In this document: in pieces, positions 8,659 through 20,109 of the stretch
Layout: the number at the start of each line of letters is the position of its first letter
Position numbering within the stretch: position 1 is the stretch's first letter
NCBI GenBank assembly: GCA_037443035.1
Contig: JBBIPC010000004.1
Location: forward strand, 25,502-89,501
Origin: Chthonomonadales bacterium
Lineage (GTDB): Bacteria; Armatimonadota; Chthonomonadetes; Chthonomonadales; CAJBBX01
DNA: 64,000 bases
Reading direction: 5' to 3'
The notes under the pieces: model-generated
Told to the model about the DNA's origin: nothing
The model's database searches: none
What the model saw: the letters and a program-made list of their open reading frames with translations, nothing else
Position numbers and translations under genes: made by a program

Positions 8659-9818
8659 AGCCCCTGAATAGAACGGTTTCAGCTATTCCACCTTCTGGCA
8701 TACGCCGGTTCTTCGACTTGGCATCGAGCATGCCCGACGTCATCTCGTTGGGTGTCGGCGAGCCGGATTTCGTAACTCCATGGAGCGTGCGCGAGACGGC
8801 CATCTACGCTATCGAACGTGGCTACACGACCTACACCTCCAATGCCGGTCTCTCGGAATTGCGTCAGCTCATCGCCGAAGATGTTCTGAGAGTAGACGGA
8901 GTCTCATACGATCCGGAGACGGAGATCCTTGTCACGGTGGGTGTTTCGGAGGGTCTTGACCTTGCCTTGCGCGCCTTGCTGGAAACCGGTGATGAGGTCA
9001 TCCTGTTCGACCCATGCTACGTCTCGTACGCCCCGTGCATCCGCATCGCAGGTGGAGAACCGGTTTTCGTTAGGACGAGCGCGGCCGATGGGTTCAGAAT
9101 CGACCCGGGCGAAGTCGCACGGTGCGTGACATCCCGCACGAAAGCCATGCTCATCTGCTCGCCAGGCAATCCCACCGGCGCCCTACAACCTCCGGACGTC
9201 CTTCGGGAACTCGCGCGCATCGCAGTAGAACACGACCTCTATGTGATCGCAGACGAGATCTATTCTCGGCTTGTGTACGAGGCGCCAAGGCAGTGCATAG
9301 CTTCTATGGATGGAGCACGAGACCGAACCGTGCTTCTGAATGGGCTTTCGAAGTCTCACGCCATGACCGGTTGGCGAATCGGATACATGTGTGCGCCTGA
9401 GCCGATCTCTGGCACCATGTTGAAGATCCACCAGTATACGACCTTGTGCGCCCCGCACATCTCGCAGATGGCTGCCATAGAGGCCCTGCGTAACGGTTAT
9501 GCGGAGTCGGCCGCCATGGTCGAGGAATACGACCGTCGGCGGCGCTACTTGGTGCGTGAGCTCAACGGTATGGGCCTCCCGTGTTTGCTTCCAGACGGTG
9601 CTTTCTACGCGTTCCCATCAGTCGAGCCGACCGGCCTGAGCTCCGAGACGTTCGCGACTCGACTGCTTCAGGAAGCCGGCGTCGCTGTCGTTCCTGGGGA
9701 TGTATTCGGCCCTGCTGGCGAGGGACACGTGCGATGCTCGTTCGCTGCGTCGTTCGACCTACTGGAACAAGCAGTAGCACGGATGCGTCAGTTCGCAGCA
9801 GACGTCTTAGCGGCATGA
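8655..9818 (+). CDS. PLP-dependent aminotransferase class I/II (YugH/AlaT-like)
   Basis: PSGIRRFFD, SLGVGEPDF, PGNPTG, DEIY, SKSHAMTGWRIG, GEGHVRCS; 4-nt overlap with the Lrp gene. Confidence 0.92.
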   Translation: MKPLNRTVSAIPPSGIRRFFDLASSMPDVISLGVGEPDFVTPWSVRETAIYAIERGYTTYTSNAGLSELRQLIAEDVLRVDGVSYDPETEILVTVGVSEGLDLALRALLETGDEVILFDPCYVSYAPCIRIAGGEPVFVRTSAADGFRIDPGEVARCVTSRTKAMLICSPGNPTGALQPPDVLRELARIAVEHDLYVIADEIYSRLVYEAPRQCIASMDGARDRTVLLNGLSKSHAMTGWRIGYMCAPEPISGTMLKIHQYTTLCAPHISQMAAIEALRNGYAESAAMVEEYDRRRRYLVRELNGMGLPCLLPDGAFYAFPSVEPTGLSSETFATRLLQEAGVAVVPGDVFGPAGEGHVRCSFAASFDLLEQAVARMRQFAADVLAA

Positions 9819-9870
9819 GGGGCATCATCGTCATGGAACGGGATGCGGCGCTTTCGAGAGGCACACTAGC

Positions 9871-10509
9871 ATGAGGAACTACACGAGAACCTGGCTCGTT
9901 ACGCTGATCGTGTTGTCTCTTGGTCGTGTGACGAGCGCGGACCGAGTGGTTCTGGCCCCATCAGGTCGCATTACCCTGCCAGCGGCAGCGAACATCGCGT
10001 ATGTATGGGACGTGGATGGGAAGGGCGGACGGGGATGGCTACACTTTGGCTGGCCCAAAGATGACCTCGGGCTCGAAGTGGAACTCTCCTCATTTGCCGT
10101 GAGTGACAACTCGATGGCGACGGTCGGCCTCCATTACTCCGTTATCAGTGAGGCATTCACCAACAACCTAGCGCCAGCGGTAGCCGTCGGCATTCGCGAC
10201 CTACCCAACCGTGGCTGGGAGGGGCGCTCTGTGTATCTCGCTCTCACGAAGACACTCAGGCTGACCGAATATGGAGAGCGCACGCTTGGCGCCGTCAGAC
10301 TCCACGCTGGCTATGGTTCTGGACGTATGGGAGGAGGATATGTTGCAGGTTCGCTCCACACCCCGTTCCGCGTTACAGTCGCAACCGAATTCCTCGCCCG
10401 AAGAATGAACTGGTTAGCCCGGTTCAGCCCGCATCGAGCACTGGACATCGAGTACTACGCCATGGAAGGTCGAGACTACGTCGGTCTCCGTGTGCATGTG
10501 AACAGGTGA
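9871..10509 (+). CDS. Hypothetical exported protein, probable small beta-barrel
   Basis: Signal peptide, alternating amphipathic beta-strand pattern, PAVAVGIRDL, RLHAGYG, C-terminal YVGLRVHV. Confidence 0.55.
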   Translation: MRNYTRTWLVTLIVLSLGRVTSADRVVLAPSGRITLPAAANIAYVWDVDGKGGRGWLHFGWPKDDLGLEVELSSFAVSDNSMATVGLHYSVISEAFTNNLAPAVAVGIRDLPNRGWEGRSVYLALTKTLRLTEYGERTLGAVRLHAGYGSGRMGGGYVAGSLHTPFRVTVATEFLARRMNWLARFSPHRALDIEYYAMEGRDYVGLRVHVNR

Positions 10510-10519
10510 ACGACAACCA

Positions 10520-11641
10520 ATGGCAGTAGCAAGCCGAACGACGACCGAAGCGCTTCACGACCATCGAAGGGTGGTTCTCCTCAAGAGTCTTGCCACCAAC
10601 AATCGCTTCTACGCTCTCGTAGAGCCTGACTCCGGATTAAGAAACGCCGACACTGTAGCGACCTTCCCTGAGGGGCTGCACCTCGGCGTGGCCTATCCGT
10701 GCCTGGAAGATGGCTTGAACGACTTCGCCGTGATCCGCACGACTTTCGAAACGATCGAGTTCTTCCCCGACGACGCCGCCATGAAGGAAGAGTTGATGGC
10801 CATCATCCAAGAGGCCAGGGACAAACTCGTCCTCCGTCTGAGGGAGCTGCGTGACCGGATCGGCAATCGCACCGCGCACTTCCTGGGGACCGACCTGGCG
10901 GACTTCCGTGCCCATGCCCTGGACATGGTCCGCAAAGGCTATCCACGTCGGAACCTCGACAGCATGATGAAACTCAACGTGTTCATGTCCGTGGCCCAGC
11001 ACGAGCCCGCGGCCAACGGTCCCGAGCCGCTCTTCTACTACGTGTTCCGGGATCCTTCCGTGGCGCACGAGGCCGAGAGCATGTCGTCGCGCAGTTTCAT
11101 CGCTGCGATGTTCGACGATATCCTGTCGGCGGTCCTCGACGAGCGCTCATACGTGTCGCGGCACGTCTTCGATCGCGATGTGTTCCAGAAGTTCATCGCC
11201 ATGATGTTCGTGAACTACGCAACGACGGACCACATCTTCTACGGAACTCACAAAGCCGACTACGGCGTGTCCGCAGAGCGGGATATGGACTCCACGCCGC
11301 TCTACCAAGCCATCGCGCGACAGCTACGGGAGATCGAGAAGCGCTACCGAGAGGATCTCCTCAAGGTTGAAGACACCACTACCGAGCCGACACGAGAACT
11401 CGCCGTAGATCTGCCCGACGTCGTGCTCAACGAGGAAGCACTCCTCGGTCCACTGGTCTCCATCTGCACGGCGGCCAAGCGCCTGGAGAAACTCGGCCAG
11501 GCCGACGCGACCGAGCTGGCACGCGTGATTATGGCGGACGTCTCCATACTAGTGGAGCAGCTCAAGGAACGGGGCCTCATCAGCGACCAGGCCTGCGACC
11601 CGGGTTCGAACCACCTCTCGGCACATCGCCAGCCATCGTGA
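10520..11641 (+). CDS. Hypothetical protein (373 aa) directly upstream of shc
   Basis: Long ORF with strongly G/C-ending codons, 10 nt after the previous stop and about 22 nt before shc; no family recognised. Confidence 0.8.
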   Translation: MAVASRTTTEALHDHRRVVLLKSLATNNRFYALVEPDSGLRNADTVATFPEGLHLGVAYPCLEDGLNDFAVIRTTFETIEFFPDDAAMKEELMAIIQEARDKLVLRLRELRDRIGNRTAHFLGTDLADFRAHALDMVRKGYPRRNLDSMMKLNVFMSVAQHEPAANGPEPLFYYVFRDPSVAHEAESMSSRSFIAAMFDDILSAVLDERSYVSRHVFDRDVFQKFIAMMFVNYATTDHIFYGTHKADYGVSAERDMDSTPLYQAIARQLREIEKRYREDLLKVEDTTTEPTRELAVDLPDVVLNEEALLGPLVSICTAAKRLEKLGQADATELARVIMADVSILVEQLKERGLISDQACDPGSNHLSAHRQPS

Positions 11642-11663
11642 AACCGGTCTAACTTCATGGAGG

Positions 11664-13583
11664 GTGCCGGTGGTTAGCCCTGCGCAAGTCCAGGACATCC
11701 GGTGTACGATCGACAAGGCACGCGCTTGGCTTCTTGCGCGACAGCACGATGATGGCCACTGGGTTGGAGAGCTGGAGGGCGACACGATACTCGAGACTGA
11801 GTATGTGCTTCTGCACTGGTTCCTCGGGCGGACGGACAGCACGAAGATACGCGAACTCTGTCGCTACGCAGTCGAACAGTGGCAGCAGGAGGATGGCGGC
11901 GTGCCGCAATACCCCGGCGGTCCGTCGGATGTCAGCGCCTCCGTGAAACTCTACTTCGCCTGCAAGCTCGCCGGTTACACAGCCGACGAGCCCTTCATGC
12001 AGCGCCTGCGTGATTGCATCCTGCGCCTCGGCGGCGTGACGGAGTGCAACACCTTCACCAAGCTCTACCTGGCCGTCTTCGGTCAGTACGACTGGGACGG
12101 AGTACCAACAATACCGCCGGAGCTGTGCCTGCTGCCGCGCTGGTCCTACCTGAATATCTACGAGATGTCCTCTTGGTCACGTGGCATCCTGATCCCTCTC
12201 TCTATCATCAACGCGACGAAGCCGAGGCGACAGGTTCCTCCGGAGTGCTCCATTGATGAGCTGTTCGTAGGTGGGCGTCACGGGCCGCACCTGCGACTCA
12301 AGCCCGATCGCCGGCCATTCACCTGGAGGAGCTTCTTTCTTGCTCTCGACCGGCTCCTCAAGGTCTACGACAAGTGCCCGATCAAACCTGGGCGGATCTT
12401 GGCTATGCGAACGGCTGAGCGGTGGATGTTGGAGCGGCAGGCTGGCAGCGGGGGGCTTGGTGCCATCTTCCCTGCCATGACTCACGCCGTCATGGCATAC
12501 AAGTGTCTCGGCTATGCAGACGATCATCCAGCGGTGCAGCATGAGCTTAGCGAACTCGAAGCCTTCGAGATGAGAGACGAACGAGGCATTCGGGTTCAAC
12601 CTTGCGTCTCGCCTGTCTGGGACACCGCCATCGCGTTGAATGCACTCCTCGAGTCGGGCGTTCCCGGAGACGCACCAAGCGTACAGAAGTGCGTGAGATG
12701 GTTGCTGAGCAAAGAGACGCGAGTCAAGGGCGACTGGGCGGTCAAGGTGCGGGGTGTCGATCCTGGTGGTTGGTTCTTCGAGTACGAGAACCAGTTCTAC
12801 CCAGACGTGGACGATACAGTCATGATCTTGATGGGACTTCGGAAGGCCGTCAGGCGTGGCTGCTGCATAGACGACATAGAGCCTGCGATCGCCCGAGCTG
12901 TGCGGTGGGTGAGAGCCATGCAGTGCCGCGACGGAGGCTGGGCTGCGTTCGATCGCGACAACACGCGCGCGGTCTTCCAGTACGTTCCGTTCGCTGACCA
13001 CAACGCCATGCTGGATCCACCGACAGCAGACATAACTGCGCGGACGATCGAGGCGCTGACCGAGCTAGGTGTTCCGGCCACGGACACGGCTATCAAGCGT
13101 GCGATCGCGTTCGTGTGGCGCCACCAAGAACCGGACGGCTCGTGGTTCGGTCGCTGGGGCGTGAACTACCTCTACGGCACCTGGCAATGCCTTCAAGGGT
13201 TGGCCCGCGCTGGCGTCCCCGCTGAAGACCCGCGGATACGGAAGGCTGTACAGTGGCTTGTTCGGTCGCAGAATCCAGACGGCGGTTGGGGTGAAACGTG
13301 CGAGACCTACGACAAACCCCATCTCAAAGGCAACGGGCCTAGCACTCCATCGCAGACGGCCTGGGCGGTCCTCGGCCTCACCAGTGCGGGCGAAGCTGCA
13401 TCGGAAGCCTGTCGACGCGGAGTGGACTTCCTGGTCCGAACACAGACCGAGGACGGATCTTGGGAAGAGCCCTGGTTCACGGGTACCGGGTTCCCGCGCG
13501 TGTTCTATCTGCGTTACCACTATTACCGCCACTACTTCCCCCTCTGGGCACTGGGGCGTTACGTGTCCAGCGTATCTCGTTAG
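11664..13583 (+). CDS. shc: Squalene-hopene cyclase
   Basis: DXDD motif YPDVDDT, QW repeats (QHDDGHW, QEPDGSW, QNPDGGWGE, QTEDGSW), SPVWDT, FTGTGFPRVFYLRY; true start may be GTG 11670 (GGAGG at 11659-11663). Confidence 0.97.
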   Translation: MPVVSPAQVQDIRCTIDKARAWLLARQHDDGHWVGELEGDTILETEYVLLHWFLGRTDSTKIRELCRYAVEQWQQEDGGVPQYPGGPSDVSASVKLYFACKLAGYTADEPFMQRLRDCILRLGGVTECNTFTKLYLAVFGQYDWDGVPTIPPELCLLPRWSYLNIYEMSSWSRGILIPLSIINATKPRRQVPPECSIDELFVGGRHGPHLRLKPDRRPFTWRSFFLALDRLLKVYDKCPIKPGRILAMRTAERWMLERQAGSGGLGAIFPAMTHAVMAYKCLGYADDHPAVQHELSELEAFEMRDERGIRVQPCVSPVWDTAIALNALLESGVPGDAPSVQKCVRWLLSKETRVKGDWAVKVRGVDPGGWFFEYENQFYPDVDDTVMILMGLRKAVRRGCCIDDIEPAIARAVRWVRAMQCRDGGWAAFDRDNTRAVFQYVPFADHNAMLDPPTADITARTIEALTELGVPATDTAIKRAIAFVWRHQEPDGSWFGRWGVNYLYGTWQCLQGLARAGVPAEDPRIRKAVQWLVRSQNPDGGWGETCETYDKPHLKGNGPSTPSQTAWAVLGLTSAGEAASEACRRGVDFLVRTQTEDGSWEEPWFTGTGFPRVFYLRYHYYRHYFPLWALGRYVSSVSR

Positions 13584-13595
13584 TGAGTGAGCAGC

Positions 13596-14597
13596 ATGCG
13601 ATATCCCCTGGGTTTCACCATAGCGCAGTTTCGCCACCGAACGGCAATGCAGCGGCAGGGGCGCACGCGTTACCCTACCGTGCTCATGCTGGAGCCGCTC
13701 TATACCTGTAATCTGGCGTGCATCGGATGCGCGGTGGAGCGACACACCGGTAAGCTCGCGGACCGCCTCAGCTTGGAGCGATGTCTCCAGGCAGTTGACG
13801 CATGCGGCGCCCCTATCGTGAACCTCTGCGGTGGGGAGCCAACGCTATATCCGGAACTGCCACAGCTCGTCCAAGCATTGATCGACCGTCGCCGGTATGT
13901 GCTGTGTTGTACCAACGCCCTCAAGCTCGATTCGAAGGTGTTCGGCGTCATACCACCGCATCCTCAGTTCTATCTAATGATCCATCTCGACGGCATGCGC
14001 GAGACCCACGACATGGTCTGCCAGAGGAAGGGCGTCTTCGACAACGCCGTAGCCGGAATCAAGGAGGCCAAGCAGCGGGGATACGTGGTGATGATCAACA
14101 CCACGGTATACAAGGAAACGCGGGTGGAGGAAGTCGAGGAGCTGTGCAGGCTGGCCGAGGAGCTACACACCGACGGCATTCTTCTATCACCCGGCTACGA
14201 GTACGAGAATGTCGAGGCGGATGTGTTTCTTACCCAAGAGCAGACCCACGAGAAGTTCCGCGAGATCGTGAAGTTCGCGAATCGGTACAAGATCAACGTC
14301 ACTCCCACGTTCCTGTCTTTCGCGGCGGGTCTGCTGGAGCTTCCGTGTTCGCCATGGTCCACCGTGAACTACACGCCGCACGGATGGCGCGCTCCGTGCT
14401 ACCTGATAGGAGAGAGATACTACCCCGACTGGGAGTCCTTCTGGAACGAGACGAACTGGGGGTACTGGGAAAGCCGTGTGGATCCTCGCTGCCGCAACTG
14501 CAGAATGCATAGCGGTTTCGAGCATAGCGCCGTGACGGAGACGATGAAGACACTCGCCGGTCGCCTCAAGCTCGCGGCGTGGACACTCTCGAAGTAG
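13596..14597 (+). CDS. hpnH: Adenosylhopane-forming radical SAM enzyme HpnH
   Basis: LMLEPLYTCNLACIGC (CxxxCxxC), GGEP, IHLDG, SPGYEYE, PCYL, DPRCRNCRMHSGFE; adjacent to shc. Confidence 0.92.
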   Translation: MRYPLGFTIAQFRHRTAMQRQGRTRYPTVLMLEPLYTCNLACIGCAVERHTGKLADRLSLERCLQAVDACGAPIVNLCGGEPTLYPELPQLVQALIDRRRYVLCCTNALKLDSKVFGVIPPHPQFYLMIHLDGMRETHDMVCQRKGVFDNAVAGIKEAKQRGYVVMINTTVYKETRVEEVEELCRLAEELHTDGILLSPGYEYENVEADVFLTQEQTHEKFREIVKFANRYKINVTPTFLSFAAGLLELPCSPWSTVNYTPHGWRAPCYLIGERYYPDWESFWNETNWGYWESRVDPRCRNCRMHSGFEHSAVTETMKTLAGRLKLAAWTLSK

Positions 14598-14604
14598 CGC
14601 TGCG

Positions 14605-15633
14605 ATGTCCGGTCCGCTTGCCCTTGTGACCGGTGCGACAGGATTTGTCGGATCCCATGTGGTAGAAGCGCTTCTCGGTAATGGCTATCGCGTTCGTGCC
14701 CTGGCGAGGCCAACGAGCCGCCGCGAAAACATCGCCGGGATGGACTGCGAAGTCGTGCTGGGCGACTTGCTGCAACCAGACACGCTGCATCGGGCCGCAA
14801 TGGGAGTCGACCTCGTGTTCCACGTCGCGGCGGACTATCGTCTGTGGTCACGGGACCCGCGAAGTCTCTACCGAACGAATATCGAGGGCACGGCCAACGT
14901 GCTCGAAGCTGCTCATGCGGCAAGAGCCCATCGCATCGTCTATACAAGTACGGTGGGTGTACTCGGCATTCCGGGCAACGGTTCACCAGGCACGGAGCAG
15001 ACGCCAGTCACCCTGCAGGATATGGTAGGACACTACAAACGCAGCAAGTTCCTGGCCGAGGAACGCGCCCGCAAGATGGCCCAGGAGATGGCTCTCGATA
15101 TGGTCATCGTCTACCCCAGCACGCCTGTTGGAGAGCGGGACATCAAACCAACGCCGACCGGGCGCATCATCGTTGATTTCCTCAACGGTCGCATGCCGGC
15201 CTATGTAGACACAGGGCTGAACCTAGTGGACGTGCGCGACGTGGCGGCTGGGCACGTACTGGCTGTAGAACGAGGCAGTGCGGGAGGGCGTTATATTCTT
15301 GGCAACCAAAACGTGTCCCTCAAGCAGATTCTGGAGATGCTTGCAGATATCGTGGGCCGACCGGCACCGCGGGCACGTTTGCCCTATTGGGTAGCGTATG
15401 GGACCGCAGTGCTGGACACGTTTTTCCGCGGCACTCTGCTCGGAAGGGAGCCGCGCGCCCCGCTGGAAGGTGTGCGGATGGCTTCGCGGCGCATGTATTT
15501 CGATGCATCCCTGGCAGTTCGCGAACTGGGTCTGCCGCAGTCACCAGTGCGCGAAGCCCTCCGGCGGGCCGTCGCCTGGTTCATCGCGAACGGCTATGTC
15601 GCGCGGTGTTCCCAGCCGGTAGCAGCACACTAG
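14605..15633 (+). CDS. hpnA: Hopanoid-associated NAD-dependent epimerase/dehydratase HpnA
   Basis: VTGATGFVG, FHVAADYRLW, YKRSK, PSTPVGERDIKPTPTG, PAYVDTGLN. Confidence 0.92.
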   Translation: MSGPLALVTGATGFVGSHVVEALLGNGYRVRALARPTSRRENIAGMDCEVVLGDLLQPDTLHRAAMGVDLVFHVAADYRLWSRDPRSLYRTNIEGTANVLEAAHAARAHRIVYTSTVGVLGIPGNGSPGTEQTPVTLQDMVGHYKRSKFLAEERARKMAQEMALDMVIVYPSTPVGERDIKPTPTGRIIVDFLNGRMPAYVDTGLNLVDVRDVAAGHVLAVERGSAGGRYILGNQNVSLKQILEMLADIVGRPAPRARLPYWVAYGTAVLDTFFRGTLLGREPRAPLEGVRMASRRMYFDASLAVRELGLPQSPVREALRRAVAWFIANGYVARCSQPVAAH

Positions 15634-15644
15634 AAAGGATCGGG

Positions 15645-16575
15645 ATGCGTACGCGTCGCTACCACTCGGAATCAGGGAGGATTGTGGAAGTCGCCGAAGA
15701 GGTCGGCTTCTGCTTTGGAGTCAAGCGCGCCATCTCCATGACCGAAAAGGTCCTGGGCCGTGAGCAGCCAGTCTTTATCGTCGGTGATCTTGTGCACAAC
15801 CGGATGGTCACAGAGCGCCTCGAGGCACGCGGTCTTCGCAAGGTCAAGACGCTCGATGCAGCTTCAGACGGCATCATGGTGGTGCGCGCGCATGGATTGC
15901 CCCGACAGGAGCTGCGTTCCGTACAGGAGCGAGGGCTCGCAGTCGTGGATGCCACCTGCCCCATCGTCCATCGCGCCCAAGAGGCCGCACAACTCCTCGA
16001 AGAGCGAGGTTGTCAGGTCGTCGTCATTGGCGATGCGAATCACGCCGAGATCAAAGGGATCGCCGGTTCGCTGAAGGAACCGCCGCTGATCATTGAGACC
16101 CTCGACGAACTGCGCGCTGCCAAGGCGAGCCACCGGCTGCGTCGAAAAGTTGGCGTCGTATTCCAGACAACGCACTCCCTCGAGCTCTGCAAGGAACTGG
16201 TTGCGGAACTGATCTTTCTCTGCAAAGAGGTTCAGATCATCAACACGATTTGCCGTCCAGTGCAGAACCGACAAGACGACGCCGTCGAATTGGCCGAACG
16301 GGTGGATCTGATGCTCGTTGTGGGAAGCGCTACGAGCGCCAATACGATGGAGCTTGCGGCACTCTGTCGTGCCCACAATCCGTGGACTAAGCACATCGAG
16401 TCTGCAGAGGACTTACGGCCGGAGGACCTGGCCTGGCCAGCACGGATTGGGATCGTGTCGGGCCTCTCCACGCCGGAGCAATGCGTAGAGACTGTGCGAG
16501 ACGCAATACTGGCGGTCGCCGAGTCGCCCGACCCTTCGCAGCGGCCGGACCCCTCGGTCTACGAGGCAGATCACC

Positions 16576-16583
<8 letters not shown>
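15645..16583 (+). CDS. ispH: 4-hydroxy-3-methylbut-2-enyl diphosphate reductase
   Basis: GFCFGVKRA, VHN, RAHG, DATCP, HAEIKG, QTT, NTIC, SANT; all three Fe-S cysteines present; AAAGGA RBS before ATG 15645. Confidence 0.92.
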
Positions 16584-19118
<2,535 letters not shown>

Positions 19119-19136
19119 GGTCACGTCTCCTTTCTT

Positions 19137-19187
19137 CAAACCCTGCCTGCAGCCAGCAGGCGATTGCGAGACCGGCCGCGTTGCCGG
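19137..19187 (-). promoter_or_regulatory. Putative ANTAR-target dual-hairpin RNA element with competing terminator-like hairpin in the amtB leader
   Basis: Minus strand CCGGC-AACGCG-GCCGG, UCUC, GCA-AUCGCC-UGC; both hexaloops have A1 and G4; competing GCCUGC-UGGCU-GCAGGC followed by AGGGUUUG. Confidence 0.7.
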
Positions 19188-19298
19188 ATGGGCATAAGGC
19201 GTCCAACGGACTGAACCATGCGCGAACAAGCATGGTCCTGTGCTGTGGACATGCTCGGGGATAGGATGGTGAGAAGGGCCGATGCGCCGAGCCGATGA

Positions 19299-19880
19299 CT
19301 ACAGAGCCAGGTTCGCCGTCAGCACGATGGCCTCGGCAACCTCACGCAGCGTCTTGCCATAAGCAGAGGAATGCAGACGCATGCGGCGCATGGCTTCTAT
19401 TTCGTGGACTCCGTGGCGCCGCATGAGGATCCGACGAGCCTCTTGGACCACCCTCTCGGTCTCCATCTCTTCTTTGAGGGCATTGCATTGCCCCTCCAGC
19501 GCAAGGAGTTCACGATACCGTGCAGTAGCTATCTCGAGCGCAGGCTGGATGTCCTGCCGACTGAATGGCTTGACAATGTAGCCGAGCACGCCAGCACGAC
19601 TGGCCTCCTCGATAAGGTGCGCTTCGCTGTATGCGGTGAGGAGTACGACCGGACACAGGCGTTCGCGGCCCATCATGGCCGCTGCCTCCAGGCCCGTCCC
19701 GTTTGGCATGCGGACGTCGAGCACAGCCACCGACGGCCCAGCCTCGCGGGCCAACCTCACTGCTTCGTAGCCTCCTGAGGCCTCGCCGACCACTGTGTGG
19801 CCAAGGTCTTCCAGGAGTGCACGGAGATCCATCCTGATTACAGCGTCATCGTCGGCGATGAGGACGCTGAGTTTTTTCAT
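19299..19880 (-). CDS. Response regulator with receiver and ANTAR RNA-binding domains (PdtaR/EutV-like)
   Basis: VLIADDDAVIRMDL, VLDVRMP, LLTAYS, YIVKPF (intact phospho-site); coiled coil; ANTAR-like EARRILMRRHGVHEIEAMRRMR...KTLREVAEAI. Confidence 0.9.
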   Translation of the reverse strand: MKKLSVLIADDDAVIRMDLRALLEDLGHTVVGEASGGYEAVRLAREAGPSVAVLDVRMPNGTGLEAAAMMGRERLCPVVLLTAYSEAHLIEEASRAGVLGYIVKPFSRQDIQPALEIATARYRELLALEGQCNALKEEMETERVVQEARRILMRRHGVHEIEAMRRMRLHSSAYGKTLREVAEAIVLTANLAL

Positions 19881-19924
19881 GCTATATATCGTACCCGCGC
19901 ACCCTGCACGCGTGTCAATGCCTG

Positions 19925-19954
19925 TTGACGGTCGGGCGAAGAGCTCGGTATAAT
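19925..19954 (+). promoter_or_regulatory. Sigma70-type promoter of tRNA-Val
   Basis: TTGACG (19925-19930), N18, TATAAT (19949-19954). Confidence 0.75.
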
Positions 19955-19970
19955 CTTCTCGTCCGGTCGC

Positions 19971-20042
19971 GGGCGGTTGGCTCAGTGGTAGAGCGCCTCG
20001 TTCACACCGAGGAGGTCACTGGTTCGAATCCAGTATCGCCCA
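19971..20042 (+). tRNA. tRNA-Val (CAC)
   Basis: Cloverleaf: acceptor GGGCGGT/ATCGCCC, D arm GCTC/GAGC, anticodon arm CCTCG-TTCACAC-CGAGG, T arm ACTGG-TTCGAAT-CCAGT; CCA not encoded. Confidence 0.97.
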
Positions 20043-20109
20043 CACATCCAAGAGCGCAGTATGGAAGTTCCGCTATCTCCGCGTTCCGCCTTTCTCTAGC
20101 GCGCCACCT

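Noticed and set aside
19190..19207. Possible sigma54 promoter for amtB (minus strand TGGACGCCTTATGC)
   Set aside because: GG-to-GC spacing is 9 nt, not the required 10
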